64,000 nt of DNA from Macrostomum lignano. Its lineage: Eukaryota. The stretch is from contig NIVC01000667.1 in assembly GCA_002269645.1 (NCBI GenBank), positions 372,001-436,000 on the forward strand. The letters run 5' to 3'. How positions within the stretch are numbered: position 1 is the stretch's first letter; the number at the start of each line of letters is the position of its first letter. Under the pieces are notes generated by a model. The model was not told the DNA's origin, made no database searches, and was given only the letters and a program-made list of their open reading frames with translations. The position numbers and the translations under genes are program-made. Shown here piece after piece: positions 1 to 10,925 of this stretch.

Positions 1-142
1 CTAACAGGACAGCACTGCATGGAAAAGCTACAGGGTCGTCAGTGATGATACTAACAGGACAGCACTGCATGGAAAAGCTACAGGGTCGTCAGTGATGATA
101 CTAACAGGACAGCACTGCATGGGAAAGCTACAGGGTCGTCAG
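1..142. repeat. 50-bp tandem repeat (~2.8 copies visible), intronic in the rhomboid gene
   Basis: CTAACAGGACAGCACTGCATGGAAAAGCTACAGGGTCGTCAGTGATGATA repeats at 1, 51 and 101. Confidence 0.95.
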
Positions 143-231
143 CTAATACTGACAGGTCGTTAGTAAAAGGTTTCTAATATACGAGCGGACTGGTAGCTCA
201 TTATCCACTGTCAGAATAGCTTACGAAGTAC

Positions 232-1616
232 CTGAGCAAGGCAACAAACAGGAATAAAGATAGACGGCGGTCTGCAGTTGTAAGCTTCCAGATATGATTC
301 GTAGTCTGTCTCCTTCTCAGCACCGTCCAGTTGATCTACGCCAGTCCACCTGAAAATTTGTTTTTGTTCGTAACGCTCAACGGCTGGCACGGCTGCTCGA
401 ATTAATTCCACTAGAAATAGCTGCGTGCGGCTGAGGTCTTTTCGCCGGGTGATGGTTAACTGCATTTGTTATTTGGTTATGGGAGAAAGTATTGGTTATG
501 TAGATATTTGATAAGCACGGTCAGAACGCATTTTATACGAGCTATTCCATAAAGTCGATAGCTAGTTTAGGCTACAAGGGTCCGTTAATGTTTAAATAGA
601 TAAGAGACGTCTGCAGTGGCCCTCACAGGCTTCTCTAAGCTGCATGTACAATAGATGGATTACTTAGTTACTGGGGTTTGTGCAAAGTGCACAGAAAGCA
701 CGTAGCCTAATATTATTAAATTGAAGTAAAACGTCACAGTCACAGAAACCAACTCAGTGTGACACTGACTAAATTAAATTATTTTAGTACGATGTATGAC
801 TTGTCTTAACTGAAAGACAAAATATATGGCTCGTATATGAAACTACATGTAATTAAAAAAACCTGTCCTTATTGGTCACATCGATATTCGCTGTTACCGA
901 GTTTTGATTAACATTTTTTAATAAAAACGCAAAAAACTATCGTGATTTCTTTGGTTATCCATCAGTATTCATGGATATCATGGCCTCCGTTTTTCATTAA
1001 AGTTATTCAACGTTTTGCAAAGGTTTACTTCGAAGCCAGTATAGATAGAGTTCTCCAAAATGTACTTTTTGCATTGAAAACAGCATGAATCGTACAGAAA
1101 CCACACTACAGCAAAGGATTCTCGGGTAAAGTTCAACGCGTGGCGACGAAAAGCTTGTCACCTTGAATATAAGGTTATCGTGTAATAATTTAAAGCAAAA
1201 TATTCGCGCAAAAGACAAACCTTGGAGAAGAACTCCTTCCAGGACACTCTGCCATCCGGATTGGCATTCATGTCGGTCATCAGTCGGCTGAGTTTCCTCT
1301 GGTGAAGTCGGTCAGCATTTTGGTCAGTACAAAGTATTTCCACAAGCTGTCGAGTTGGAATGCCACCTTCGGCTTCGTGCTGATCAAAGTAATGTTGAAA
1401 GTAGCTCTCGAGCCACAGTCGGTAATCTTCTTCGCTTCGAATTCGGATTGGGCTTGTCGGCTGTCTAGCGTTGTCAAATTCGTTCTGATCGCTTGTCAGC
1501 GGGGGTGGCGGCGGCGCAGCCTTTCTGATCGTTCTGTGCGGCGGTATGTCGTAGCCAGGCTCAGGTGCGGACACAGTTACGCTGTTAACGCCGCTACTTT
1601 CCGAGTAATTCTCCAT
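232..1616 (-). CDS. Rhomboid-family intramembrane protease with N-terminal EF-hand-like region (RHBDL1/3-like); 5' two coding exons, gene continues off the left edge
   Basis: Exon 1616-1221 (ATG...NANPDGRVSWKEFFSK, donor AAG|GTTTGT) joins in phase 0 to exon 459-232 (acceptor TGCAG|; LIRAAVPAVER...YLEAYNCRPPSIFIPVCCLAQ, donor CAG|GTAC). The EF-hand-like segment followed by Y..Y.C.PP..F.....LAQ matches the N-terminus/TM1 entry of RHBDL1/3-type rhomboids. The start codon is inferred. Confidence 0.75.
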
Positions 1617-2482
1617 GCCCCGATCAGTCAGGGCGATGTTTTCCTGATCCAGCAAGTCGAGTTTAATCGGACACACCTTTATACACAAATTAACAAACGA
1701 CGAGAATGCAATTGCGCGCTTGCAGCGCAAATCCGTTCTGAGCGCTAAAATTTTATATTTTCGATCTTCGAGGACTGTCCAATTACTGTTCCCTGATAAT
1801 AGACTCGTGTGTACGCAATTTCTGTTAGACATTTATGCAAGCCAAGCGCGAAGGAGAGGAAGAGAACGAGCAAGTGTGCAGTCTCTCATTCTTAGAGTTA
1901 GAAGAGTTGGCAGTATGTTACTGGAGAGCAAGTACGATAATAAAGAATAATAAAACTAGCGTTGCTGCCTTTCCGGAGAGACGAAATTTGCGAAAGCAAA
2001 TGGAGCACTGAAGCTGACAATCCAGTTTCTACTGGAAGTGTTTTTACTGCATGACAACTTGAGTCAATGTGCGCTAGTCTTAAAAGAATTGCTCACGAGT
2101 AATGTGGGGCTGCTTTTGTTGTGGCAGGTACGGGTACCTTTAACAGGGAAGCAACAAAATTGAATTGACTAGCAAAAATTATATTGCAGCGGGATAGACA
2201 GACAGAAGGACAGACAGAGAAACAGACAAACAGAATACCTTATCCGAAAAGAAATTAGGACATCGAATTTCGACAGCACTAATACGAGCTAAAAGGCAAC
2301 CGTTTGCTGCAAAATGTACTAGCAGGATAGGAAACGGCGATTTTCCGTGAAATCCTAGACCAAACAATTTAGTCCTTCTTTTAGGCTTTAAAAGCAAACT
2401 AAACGAACCTATGTCTTTTATTTGGAATTAAATTATCGCTTGTTCACAGTCAACTGAGTAAAAGTCACATCAAGCAATGCTG

Positions 2483-5400
2483 CTAATCCCAACCGAGTCT
2501 TTTCCAGCTGTTACGCCCACCCAACACCCGATTAACCAAAACTCGCATCTCCACCCGGTCCTTTCCAACTCGCTCCGCTGCCAGACGGATTCGTTCGATC
2601 TGCCGTCGCACGGCGTCTTGAACTCCAACAGCCGAGTGGCTTCGGAAGAACCGTCGGACACGCCGGATACCCGACGTTGAACGAAACGCAGTCCGTTTAT
2701 CAGGCGTTTCAACATGTAGGGACCTTCGAATCGATGCGCAATCGCAGTCCAGTGTCGAGTTAGGAGACGCCAAACCGATCTGGAGCTCAGACCGTCGACC
2801 AGACAAAGCACCTCTGAAGCTTGCAGCTCCGGGCCTAGCGCCAGAGAGATCAGCCGTTTCTCCACTTCGGGCCGCTTCTTGTCCTCAAAGGCACCCAGAC
2901 AGCCGATGATTTCCTCCCGTCGGGCTATCGACTGTGTGCGATTCAATACCGACAAGAGCTGCCAGAAATGCGACACGCCGATGCCGCCGCTGCTGCCACC
3001 AGCTGCGATTCGGCACACAACGCTCCACAAGTCTGGCGAAATAGTCTCTGGTCTGGTGCCATGTAGCCACCGAGGAAACGCTTTCACTGCCCAGTTTTTT
3101 ACGTTTCTATCGCCCACAGAAGCCAAACAAGTTGTTAGCAGACTCTTCAGCCCAACGCTGTTATGAGCTCTCAATCGAGTCAAGCACAAATTGTAAACAT
3201 AGCGCTGCCAGTTTTTTAAAGCCTTCTTGTTATTCACTGGCACTGCACTGCCAATCTCTTTTAGGTGATTCAGCATGTTTGTCCACACCTGTAGGCTGGA
3301 GTCGTGACGCAACACATGTACAGCATGCAGTGGGTCCTCCGCCCAGACTCGGTCCGCTGCATGCATCGCGTACACATCATCCAGCAGCAATAAACGTCCC
3401 GATGGTCTGATGCCGCCTCTGACTGCTTCTCTCAGCAGCTCGGTCATCAGACTGCGCGGGTAAGAGGTTCGATAGAAACCAGTAGCATTAGGATTAAGCA
3501 TGGCCCAACCGCAGTTAGGCAGTTGGATAGTCATTCTCGATCTGGTCATGACCCGTCTGATAACGTCGCCGTCCTGCGTTGCTATCACGATCGGGATGCG
3601 CCAAAGCCACCGGTCGTGAAGGCGATCGGCTCCTGGCAGACGGTAGCGGCTCTGTCTGAGTCTTAAAGTGCAACCAGATTCGTCAGTCTCGATGGAAGCG
3701 AAAATCACCGGGAAGCTTTTCCGCGTTGTCCAGTCGTGCATCACCTCCGCTATCGACGGTTCTCCAGCGGGTCTGTCATTGAGCGTCTCCTGTAGCGCCT
3801 TCCATAGGTCGCTGGTGGCAGCGTTGCCGAATCGATGCCGGTGAATGTAGTTGCGCAGACCAGCGAAGAAGTTCTCGCGTCCCAGCCAGTCGTGCAGCAT
3901 GCCAACGAGGGCCGCGCCTTTGCCGTAGCTGATCGAGTCGAACACTTCCGCCGTGTCCTCCGGTCGATGAACGTCGGCCTCGACCGGGTGCGAAGCTTCC
4001 AGAGCGTCGTCGCTCATGGCGCTCAGCAGCTCGGTGCTCACGAACCAGCTCCGCGAGTCGATCAAGCCAGGCCGAATTGCGTCTAATTCGTTGTATGACA
4101 ACCAAGTGGCGAATCCCTCGTTTAGCCAAAGGTCGGACCACCAGGCGGGCGAAACTAGATTGCCGAACCACTGGTGAGCCAGCTCGTGAATCACGGTCGT
4201 AGCAACGAATGCACGAAGTGCCTCTGGTGTGTCTTTCGATGCCAGCAAGCTGGGCTCATGGAAGAGCACTAGGCCCCAGTTCTCCATGGCCACGCTGGGA
4301 AAGTCTGGCAAGGACACGAGGTCAATCTTAGACAGGGGATAATTCGTGCCAAACAGTTTACCAAAATGTGTCAAGGTTTTGTTGGCGATGCCCAACGAAA
4401 ACGAGCCTTCATGGCGGCGTCCTGGAGGCGTGTAGACTCTGATGTTTATACCATTTTCGTCGACGGTTTTCAACGGTTGGTCGAACCGACCTATGACGAA
4501 TGCCAGCAGGTAGGTTGACATTGGCGGTGTACGAGCGAATCGGACTTCGACCCGAGCGGCGCTTTGATTTTTGGAAGACGACGAGTGTGTTATTACCTTC
4601 CGTGACACCTCAGGCGAGTTGGACAGCGCGAGTAGGTCAGCCGGGACTGTCAGGGTCAGATCGAAGGTGGCCTTCATTGCCGGCTCGTCCCAGCACGGAA
4701 ACGCTTTCCGAGCGTCTGTGGGCTGGAAATAGGTGGCAATTATTGTCGAGTCCAAGTGTGGCGGGCTACCAGGCGGTGAAGCTACTCGAAATACGCCAGA
4801 TAGACGGGTGTTGATGCGAGCTGTGAACGATGCGTAGAGCTCCCAGATGCCCGGAGGGACTGGGTCAGCAAAATTCAGACTGATCATTTGTGCGTCACGA
4901 TCATACGTAACGTTCAGAGGCGAACCTGAAAGGGAAGAAGTGGTTGAGTGGGTAGAAAAGCAATTAACTTGTAATTTTCATGCTCAATGATAAACGGACA
5001 GCAGTTTAAATGAACTTGAAGCACAGCTTCAAGCTGGTTTCTTTTAGCACAAATCTCGGACTTCTTCAAATCTCAACACAAGGTTGATACACTATATTGA
5101 ATCAATACAACTTCACCTAATAACAATCAGGGTATTTCCAAAGTGTGCAAGCTTATCTTTAAAAAGTTGTACGACTAGCATAACTTCTTTATTGCTAGAT
5201 AGCTCAAACAGGATGCCAATATTTTATCCTTTTAGGATGCATTTTTGCTTTAAACATATTTTTATTTAGGAAACTAGCAATTGCAACTTCACAAGGCCTT
5301 GTACATAAATTGCTTAGTTGTTCAATTTATTTCTTTTTGCTTTTCCTAACTAGAGGCGAAGATTGCTAGTGACTGGAGAGGAGACAATCAATTAAGGTCT

Positions 5401-6780
5401 CCGCTGTCAAGTTAAGTTGCCCAACATCAGCTCTAAAACTATCCAGTAGCAATTAAAATCTGCACCACACGCAGCCACATGAAGCATTTCTCCCAACAGC
5501 AACAGCACAGGAATCCTACTCACGTCCGCTCAGACTGGGAGCACCTGTCAGGAGCACCGCGTTGCCGTTGAGAACTATTGAAGTGACTGCCTCGGGTATC
5601 TGAAATTTGATAATGAGCTTCGTTGTTAGTATTTATGTCTCCTTTATTTGCACCCATCCCCTCTCATCTCTCCTTCTCCCAACTTTTCATACTCAGAAAG
5701 CTTCAAAACGTCACTCACTGCAATTGTTGCAATCATTTTTCCAGCCAGGATGTTTGACGCTAAGTTGGGCTCAAAGAACAGCTGATAGTTTAACGGTTTC
5801 ACATGGGATGGCAGTCTGCGAGCGATGCAGTCACAAAGTATTATTATGATTTGTTATAATTAGCTGGTGGGAAATTGGTGCTTTTTGAACTTTGAAGTGA
5901 TGATAAAAGTGACAATGAGAGTGGAAATTAGGAGTGACGATAAGAGTGACAAAGTGAGTGACAACAGAGTGACAATACGAATTATATCAGGAGTGATGGT
6001 AAGAGTGACAATACGAGTGAGATCAGGAGTGATAAGAGATGCGAGTGAGATCAGGAGTGATGATAAGAGTGACAATGCGAGTGAGATCAGGAGTGATCAA
6101 GAGATGCGAGTGAGATCAGGAGTGATGATAAGAGTGACAATGCGAGTGAAATTAGGAGTGACGATAAGAGTGACAATGCGAGAGAGATTAGGAGTGACGA
6201 TAAGACTAACAATACTAGTGAGATTAGGAGTGACGATAAGAGTGACAATGCGAGTGAGATTAGGAGTGACGAAAAGACTAACAATGCGAGTGAGATCAGG
6301 AGTGACGATAAGACTAACAATGCGAGTGAGATCAAGAGTGACGATAAGACTAACAATGCGAGTGAGATCAGGAGTGACGATAAGACTAACAATGCGAGTG
6401 AGATCAGGAGTGATAAGAGATGCGAGTGAGATCAGGAGTGATAAGAGATGCGAGTGAGATCAGGAGTGATAAGAGATGCGAGTGAGATCAGGAGTGATAA
6501 GAGATGCGAGTGAGATCAGGAGTGCCAGTTACAGTAGAAAGCTTCACAATAAATTACTCTCAGACATTTTCAGCTGTGCAGAGCGAGTACTTGCCTGTAC
6601 TTTCGCGTCGAACTTGCTGCAGATGTCACCTGAAAGCGATCAATACAGTCAGGTGAATTCCCCGTTCAGAAGCGGACAGCTGATTATGATGCCTACCTGA
6701 ATGCTGAAAGCAGCTGACAGCAAAGCCAAGGCAGCAGCAAAAGTGACCAGGCAGGAAGCCGGAACACTGCAGGTGGACAT
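2483..6780 (-). CDS. M1-family zinc aminopeptidase, copy 1 (signal peptide; apparent -1 frameshift near the 3' end)
   Basis: Exons 6780-6697 (MSTCSVPASCLVTFAAALALLSAAFSIQ), 6629-6595, 5815-5719 (RLPSHVKPLNYQLFFEPNL), 5599-5524 (IPEAVTSIVLNG), 4925-2483. Phases are all compatible. Motifs: PTDARKAFPCWDEP, VAMENWGL, HELAHQWFGNLV...WLNE (HExxH-x18-E), FDSISYGKG. One C is missing at ~2689 versus copies 2 and 3. Confidence 0.92.
5895..6525. repeat. Compound GA-rich minisatellite (units such as GCGAGTGAGATCAGGAGTGATAAGAGAT) inside intron 2 of aminopeptidase copy 1
   Basis: Direct inspection; shorter homologous arrays at ~14870-15122 and ~29065-29185. Confidence 0.9.
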
Positions 6781-7097
6781 TGCTCTTGTGCCCCTTTGCT
6801 GTGAGACAGTGGTGGTTGATTCTTTGTCGACTCTGAGATTTTCCTGACTTCAGCTGGGCTTCGTTCAATGTCGGATCACTGTGGCTTGTCGCTTGTCGCT
6901 CTTATAGAGCTCTGTTTGTTCTTTTTAACTTTGCACCGACTTTGTTTGAACAGGCTGTAAAGCAATTGTAGTAGGCAAGAGCAGGCTTTCAGAAGAAGTT
7001 TTCACAGCCTCTATAATCCACTTAATTCTATCAATATTATTTCAAAAGCAATCGGAAGAAAAGGTTTGCCTAATCTAATGGCATTTTCAATACGAAG

Positions 7098-7995
7098 AAC
7101 CAGTGCAAGCTACCAGTTTGTACCAGCTACCAATGCAAGCTACCAGTTTGTACCAGCTACCAGTGCAAGCTACCAGTTTGTACCAGCTACCAGTGAAAGC
7201 TACCAGTTTGTACCAGCTACCAGTGCAAGCTACCAGTTTGTACCAGCTACCAGTGCAAGCTGCCAGTTTGTACCAGCTACCAGTGAAAGCTACCAGTTTG
7301 TACCAGCTACCAGTGCAAGCTACCAGTTTGTACCAGCTACCAGTGAAAGCTACCAGTTTGTACCAGCTACCAGTGCAAGCTACCAGTTTGTACCAGCTAC
7401 CAGTGCAAGCTACCAGTTTGTACCAGCTACCAGTGAAAGCTACCAGTTTGTACCAGCTACCAGTGCACGCTACCAGTTTGTACCAGCTACCAGTGAAAGC
7501 TACCAGTTTGTACCAGCTACCAGTGAAAGCTACCAGTTTGTACCAGCTACCAGTGAAAGCTACCAGTTTGTACCAGCTACCAGTGAAAGCTACCAGTTTG
7601 TACCAGCTACCAGTGAAAGCTACCAGTTTGTACCAGCTACCAGTGAAAGCTACCAGTTTGTACCAGCTACCAGTGAAAGCTACCAGTTTGTACCAGCTAC
7701 CAGTGAAAGCTACCAGTTTGTACCAGCTACCAGTGAAAGCTACCAGTTTGTACCAGCTACCAGTGAAAGCTACCAGTTTGTACCAGCTACCAGTGAAAGC
7801 TACCAGTTTGTACCAGCTACCAGTGAAAGCTACCAGTTTGTACCAGCTACCAGTGAAAGCTACCAGTTTGTACCAGCTACCAGTGAAGCTACCAGTTTGT
7901 ACCAGCTACCAGTGAAAGCTACCAGTTTGTACCAGCTACCAGTGCAAGCTACCAGTTACCAGTGTACTACGCTCGTAGCTACCAGCTACCAGTGC
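7098..7995. repeat. 30-bp satellite, array 1 (~30 units)
   Basis: Unit GCTACCAGTTTGTACCAGCTACCAGTG(C/A)AA, built from three ~10-bp sub-units with a TACCAG core. Confidence 0.97.
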
Positions 7996-8009
7996 AAGAA
8001 GCAAAGCAC

Positions 8010-8465
8010 CCATTGCATGAAAAATTTCTAGCCTCAATGCAGAAATGAGCTTACAGTAATAAACAAAGACTACGAAAGCCGTTAGGACTTCTCAGAAATT
8101 TCTCAGGCAGTTATAAACATGAAAGTTAAAAAAACAATTCACCAGCTTAGGCTGTACTTTTCAAGCATTGCAGCTTGACTTCGAGGTTAATTGGACTAGT
8201 TTTTGTGCATGCAAAATGATGAGGAAAAAGCAAATAAGGTTATTGCTGTCCATAAATTTTGCGAGTGGACTTCAATCCCGGGCAGCCCTGAAGAAATAAT
8301 TCGACAAAAATGTGTAGGTTTATCCCTTCTCAGTAAGATCTTTATAACAGAGCCGTACGGTAACGTATAGATATCGATTCAGAGTTGCCAAAGCTACCAG
8401 ACCCATGATATCAGGACTGAAGCGTAGCAGTTGCAGAAGAATGGTAGTGAAAATTGTTGACTTAC
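8010..8465 (-). pseudogene. Possible decayed class A GPCR fragment (TM3 to TM5), unit-1 copy
   Basis: Frame-broken translation gives FFCNCYASVL / MGLVALATLNRYLYVTVRLCYKDLTEK and, further on, LTAFVVFVYYCKLISALR, resembling NRY-type TM3/ICL2 and the TM5 end. Contains stops and frameshifts. Confidence 0.3.
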
Positions 8466-8470
8466 CATTG

Positions 8471-9715
8471 TCGGCTGATTTTCCATGCAGGAATGGCATT
8501 CTTGCACTCTTTTGCGTGCAGGAATGGATGTCTATGGTAAAATCTCACTGAAAAAGCATTAGGCGCAGAAATGCATTCCTGCACTGTTTTGTGCATTCCT
8601 GCACGATGAATAATCCGACAATGGATTCCTGCACGTTCACTCGTGCGTGAAGGACATCGTGCACTCGTGCGCTAGCGCACACTCGTGCAGATGTCATTCC
8701 CGCACTCGTGACCGTGCAGGAATATATCATTGTATCACGCTGGCGCGCGTTAGATGCACGATTTACTGTGCGTCTAATGTAGGTGTCTATGGCAATTTTC
8801 TATCTGAGTAAAGGCAACAAGCGTGCGTCTAACGCGTGCGTGTAATGCACGGAAAGGCTCGATCGATTGGAAGTGTCGGGCGCGTCCGCCTCGGGCAATG
8901 AAGATTCTGCCCATTGACTTCAGTGTCGTATTGGAAGCATAGAATGCGTCGTCAGTTAGAATATTGATTCGCCTTGTCGACATGAAATGCCGGTAGAGCG
9001 CAGCTCGGATACAAATCAACGTGGCTGGAGCAAAGTATTCGCCATTCCTCTTGCGAAGTGAGCCATAGAAGTATCGCAATAGACTGTCGATCTCGCGCGG
9101 TGTAGAAGTCGCCAAATCACGCTGAACTGACGGATGGTTCTCCATGAAGCTCTGCAACTTACCGACATAATATTCGGTAGCCTTTGTCACACTTTTACTA
9201 GCAGCGGTGTCCTCGATTTCGGAAACGAGCTGTTCCAATTCAAGTAGTTCAGCTTCTTCGTCAGGTATCTTCTTGAAAAGTGCCTCCAGAAGATCCTCCT
9301 CTTCTCGATCAATTGCCGACTCCGGTAGATTATCAGGCTCGTTCAGAATGTCGTCAATCTCATTGGTGGACAAGCCGGAAATCATTTCGTTCGGAAATTT
9401 GCTCAGATTCAGAAGTCTGACTTTAGTTGGTGGCTCAGCCATATTCTCTCACAAGTGATTTTAATTTAACAGCTTCTTATTCCCTTCTTCGCAACACTCA
9501 ATCAACTTGCGTGCCTTTCACGCATTTTTGTCTATGGTTAAGACAAATTAACTGAGCGTGCATCTAACGCGCCATCTAAAGTATTAAGCCAACGTAATAC
9601 AATGCAACTCATACATCGATTTTTTGTGCTTAAATGGTCTATGGCACTCGTGCGCTGCGCGCACTCGTGCATAGACCATTTAAGCACGCAAAATCGATGT
9701 ATGAATCCTACATTG
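8471..9715 (-). mobile_element. Truncated Crypton-like (tyrosine-recombinase class) DNA transposon, 1245 bp, flanked by CATTG direct repeats
   Basis: Absent from the homologous position in unit 2 (empty site TTACCATTGATCCTGCATT at ~22841-22859). CATTG at 8466-8470 and 9711-9715. Internal ORF 9442-8774 carries LLRYFYGSLRKRNGEYFAPATLICIRAALYRH...NILTDDAF...N, typical of Crypton/DUF3504-associated (KCTD1/ZMYM-like) proteins. Confidence 0.8.
8774..9442 (-). CDS. Crypton recombinase N-terminal/core-binding portion; catalytic YR domain absent
   Basis: 222-aa ORF; family-like sequence stops at ...RHFQSIEP and the last ~25 aa read through repeat motifs. Confidence 0.7.
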   Translation of the reverse strand: MAEPPTKVRLLNLSKFPNEMISGLSTNEIDDILNEPDNLPESAIDREEEDLLEALFKKIPDEEAELLELEQLVSEIEDTAASKSVTKATEYYVGKLQSFMENHPSVQRDLATSTPREIDSLLRYFYGSLRKRNGEYFAPATLICIRAALYRHFMSTRRINILTDDAFYASNTTLKSMGRIFIARGGRARHFQSIEPFRALHARVRRTLVAFTQIENCHRHLH

Positions 9716-10475
9716 ATACTGCATTTGGCCCCGGGGGCAGTTGGGTTGCGGGTTTTCTGCACCTCACGCTCCACAGGTGGCACCAAATGCTTTGGCAACC
9801 ATTGCATTCTACCTGTTCATCCACCTGGATTTAGCCTTCTAGTCTTTTCAGTCTTTGTTTGAGGATGCTCTCGAATAATATCAATATTCGCGAGAAGAGA
9901 ACAGTTTTTCGAGAGTTGAAACTCATTAGGCAGAGTCATTATTATGTATATTAAACAGAACACATATAACAGAACACATATAAATGTACGACCTACTTAC
10001 GACGCTATGCAAAATGTAGAGTTGAAAATTTTAATGGCGAGCACAAACGAAGACTGTCAGTCCAAGAGAGTGTGGCTGCTTTAAATGAGCCCAATCGCCT
10101 TTTCCCCCGATACGATCCCTTCCCCGATCCTCCACCGAACTTGGTTGGAGTCAGCGTGGCGGCAGCAGCAGGACTGAGTCCGCCTCACAGCCGCTCTCCT
10201 CCAGAAAGAAACCACCTGCTTCAAAGAGGTGGCTGGAGATCACAGAGCAATTGAGATACTCAGCTAACTGCTCAAATGAACGATACCCCCATGTCTTTTA
10301 GCAAGTCTTTCCATTTCTCTATTTGGCGCGTGCAATACAATTAAGCCCATGCACTCTCCCCCTCTCTTCGCCAAGCAACTACCAGTAAAAATTCCCAAGC
10401 CCCAACTCTGCCTTGCCAAAAACAATTGTCTCGATTAGTTTTCGCACTATGGACTCCAGATATGCTCTAGAATCT

Positions 10476-10545
10476 CAGGGGTCGGCAAACTTCGCCCGCG
10501 AAGCCGATCTCTATCCGGCCCCGGGGCCTTTGAAAATTCAAAATA
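10476..10545 (+). mobile_element. Solo hAT/Charlie-like terminal remnant
   Basis: CAGGGGTCGGCAAACTTCGCCCGCG resembles Charlie-type 5' termini; diverged copy at ~23590-23640; no partner TIR found. Confidence 0.35.
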
Positions 10546-10925
10546 GCAATGCGGCCCGCGTCTCACATCCCTCCTCTTCTCTCTACTCCGATCTATCTCT
10601 TCTTCACTTATTTCTCTCTCCTCTCCTGTTTTCTATTAACTTCTATATCTATATAGAAATACAAAAATCTCTATATTTTCCTCGTAGCTTATATGCCGTA
10701 CAAAAATGGAGTCTAACTTATATATTGGCTCGCGACCCTCCCTTGAGTTATTAACTTCATCTAACTGCATGCAGTATCTCGAGGGAGGGGGTTTAGGGGC
10801 CAGCAATGCTTGTAACCATGGATCTTCAACCTTTGCTTGGACGCGAAAGCTTTTCTAGTACACAATGCAATCCAATAACGGTTGTGAACGTGTATCATCG
10901 GTCCATTTTTATTCAAAATAGTTTA

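Noticed and set aside
2477-4814. Numerous short ORFs overlapping the aminopeptidase exons (repeated in copies 2 and 3)
   Set aside because: Antisense or alternate-frame shadows of a GC-rich coding exon; their recurrence reflects the duplication.
7066-8031. Long repetitive ORFs (SYQFVPAT / QATSLYQLPV), also throughout 16131-22425
   Set aside because: Translations of a 30-bp satellite; open only because the unit lacks stops in some frames, and broken by 1-bp-deleted units in array 2.
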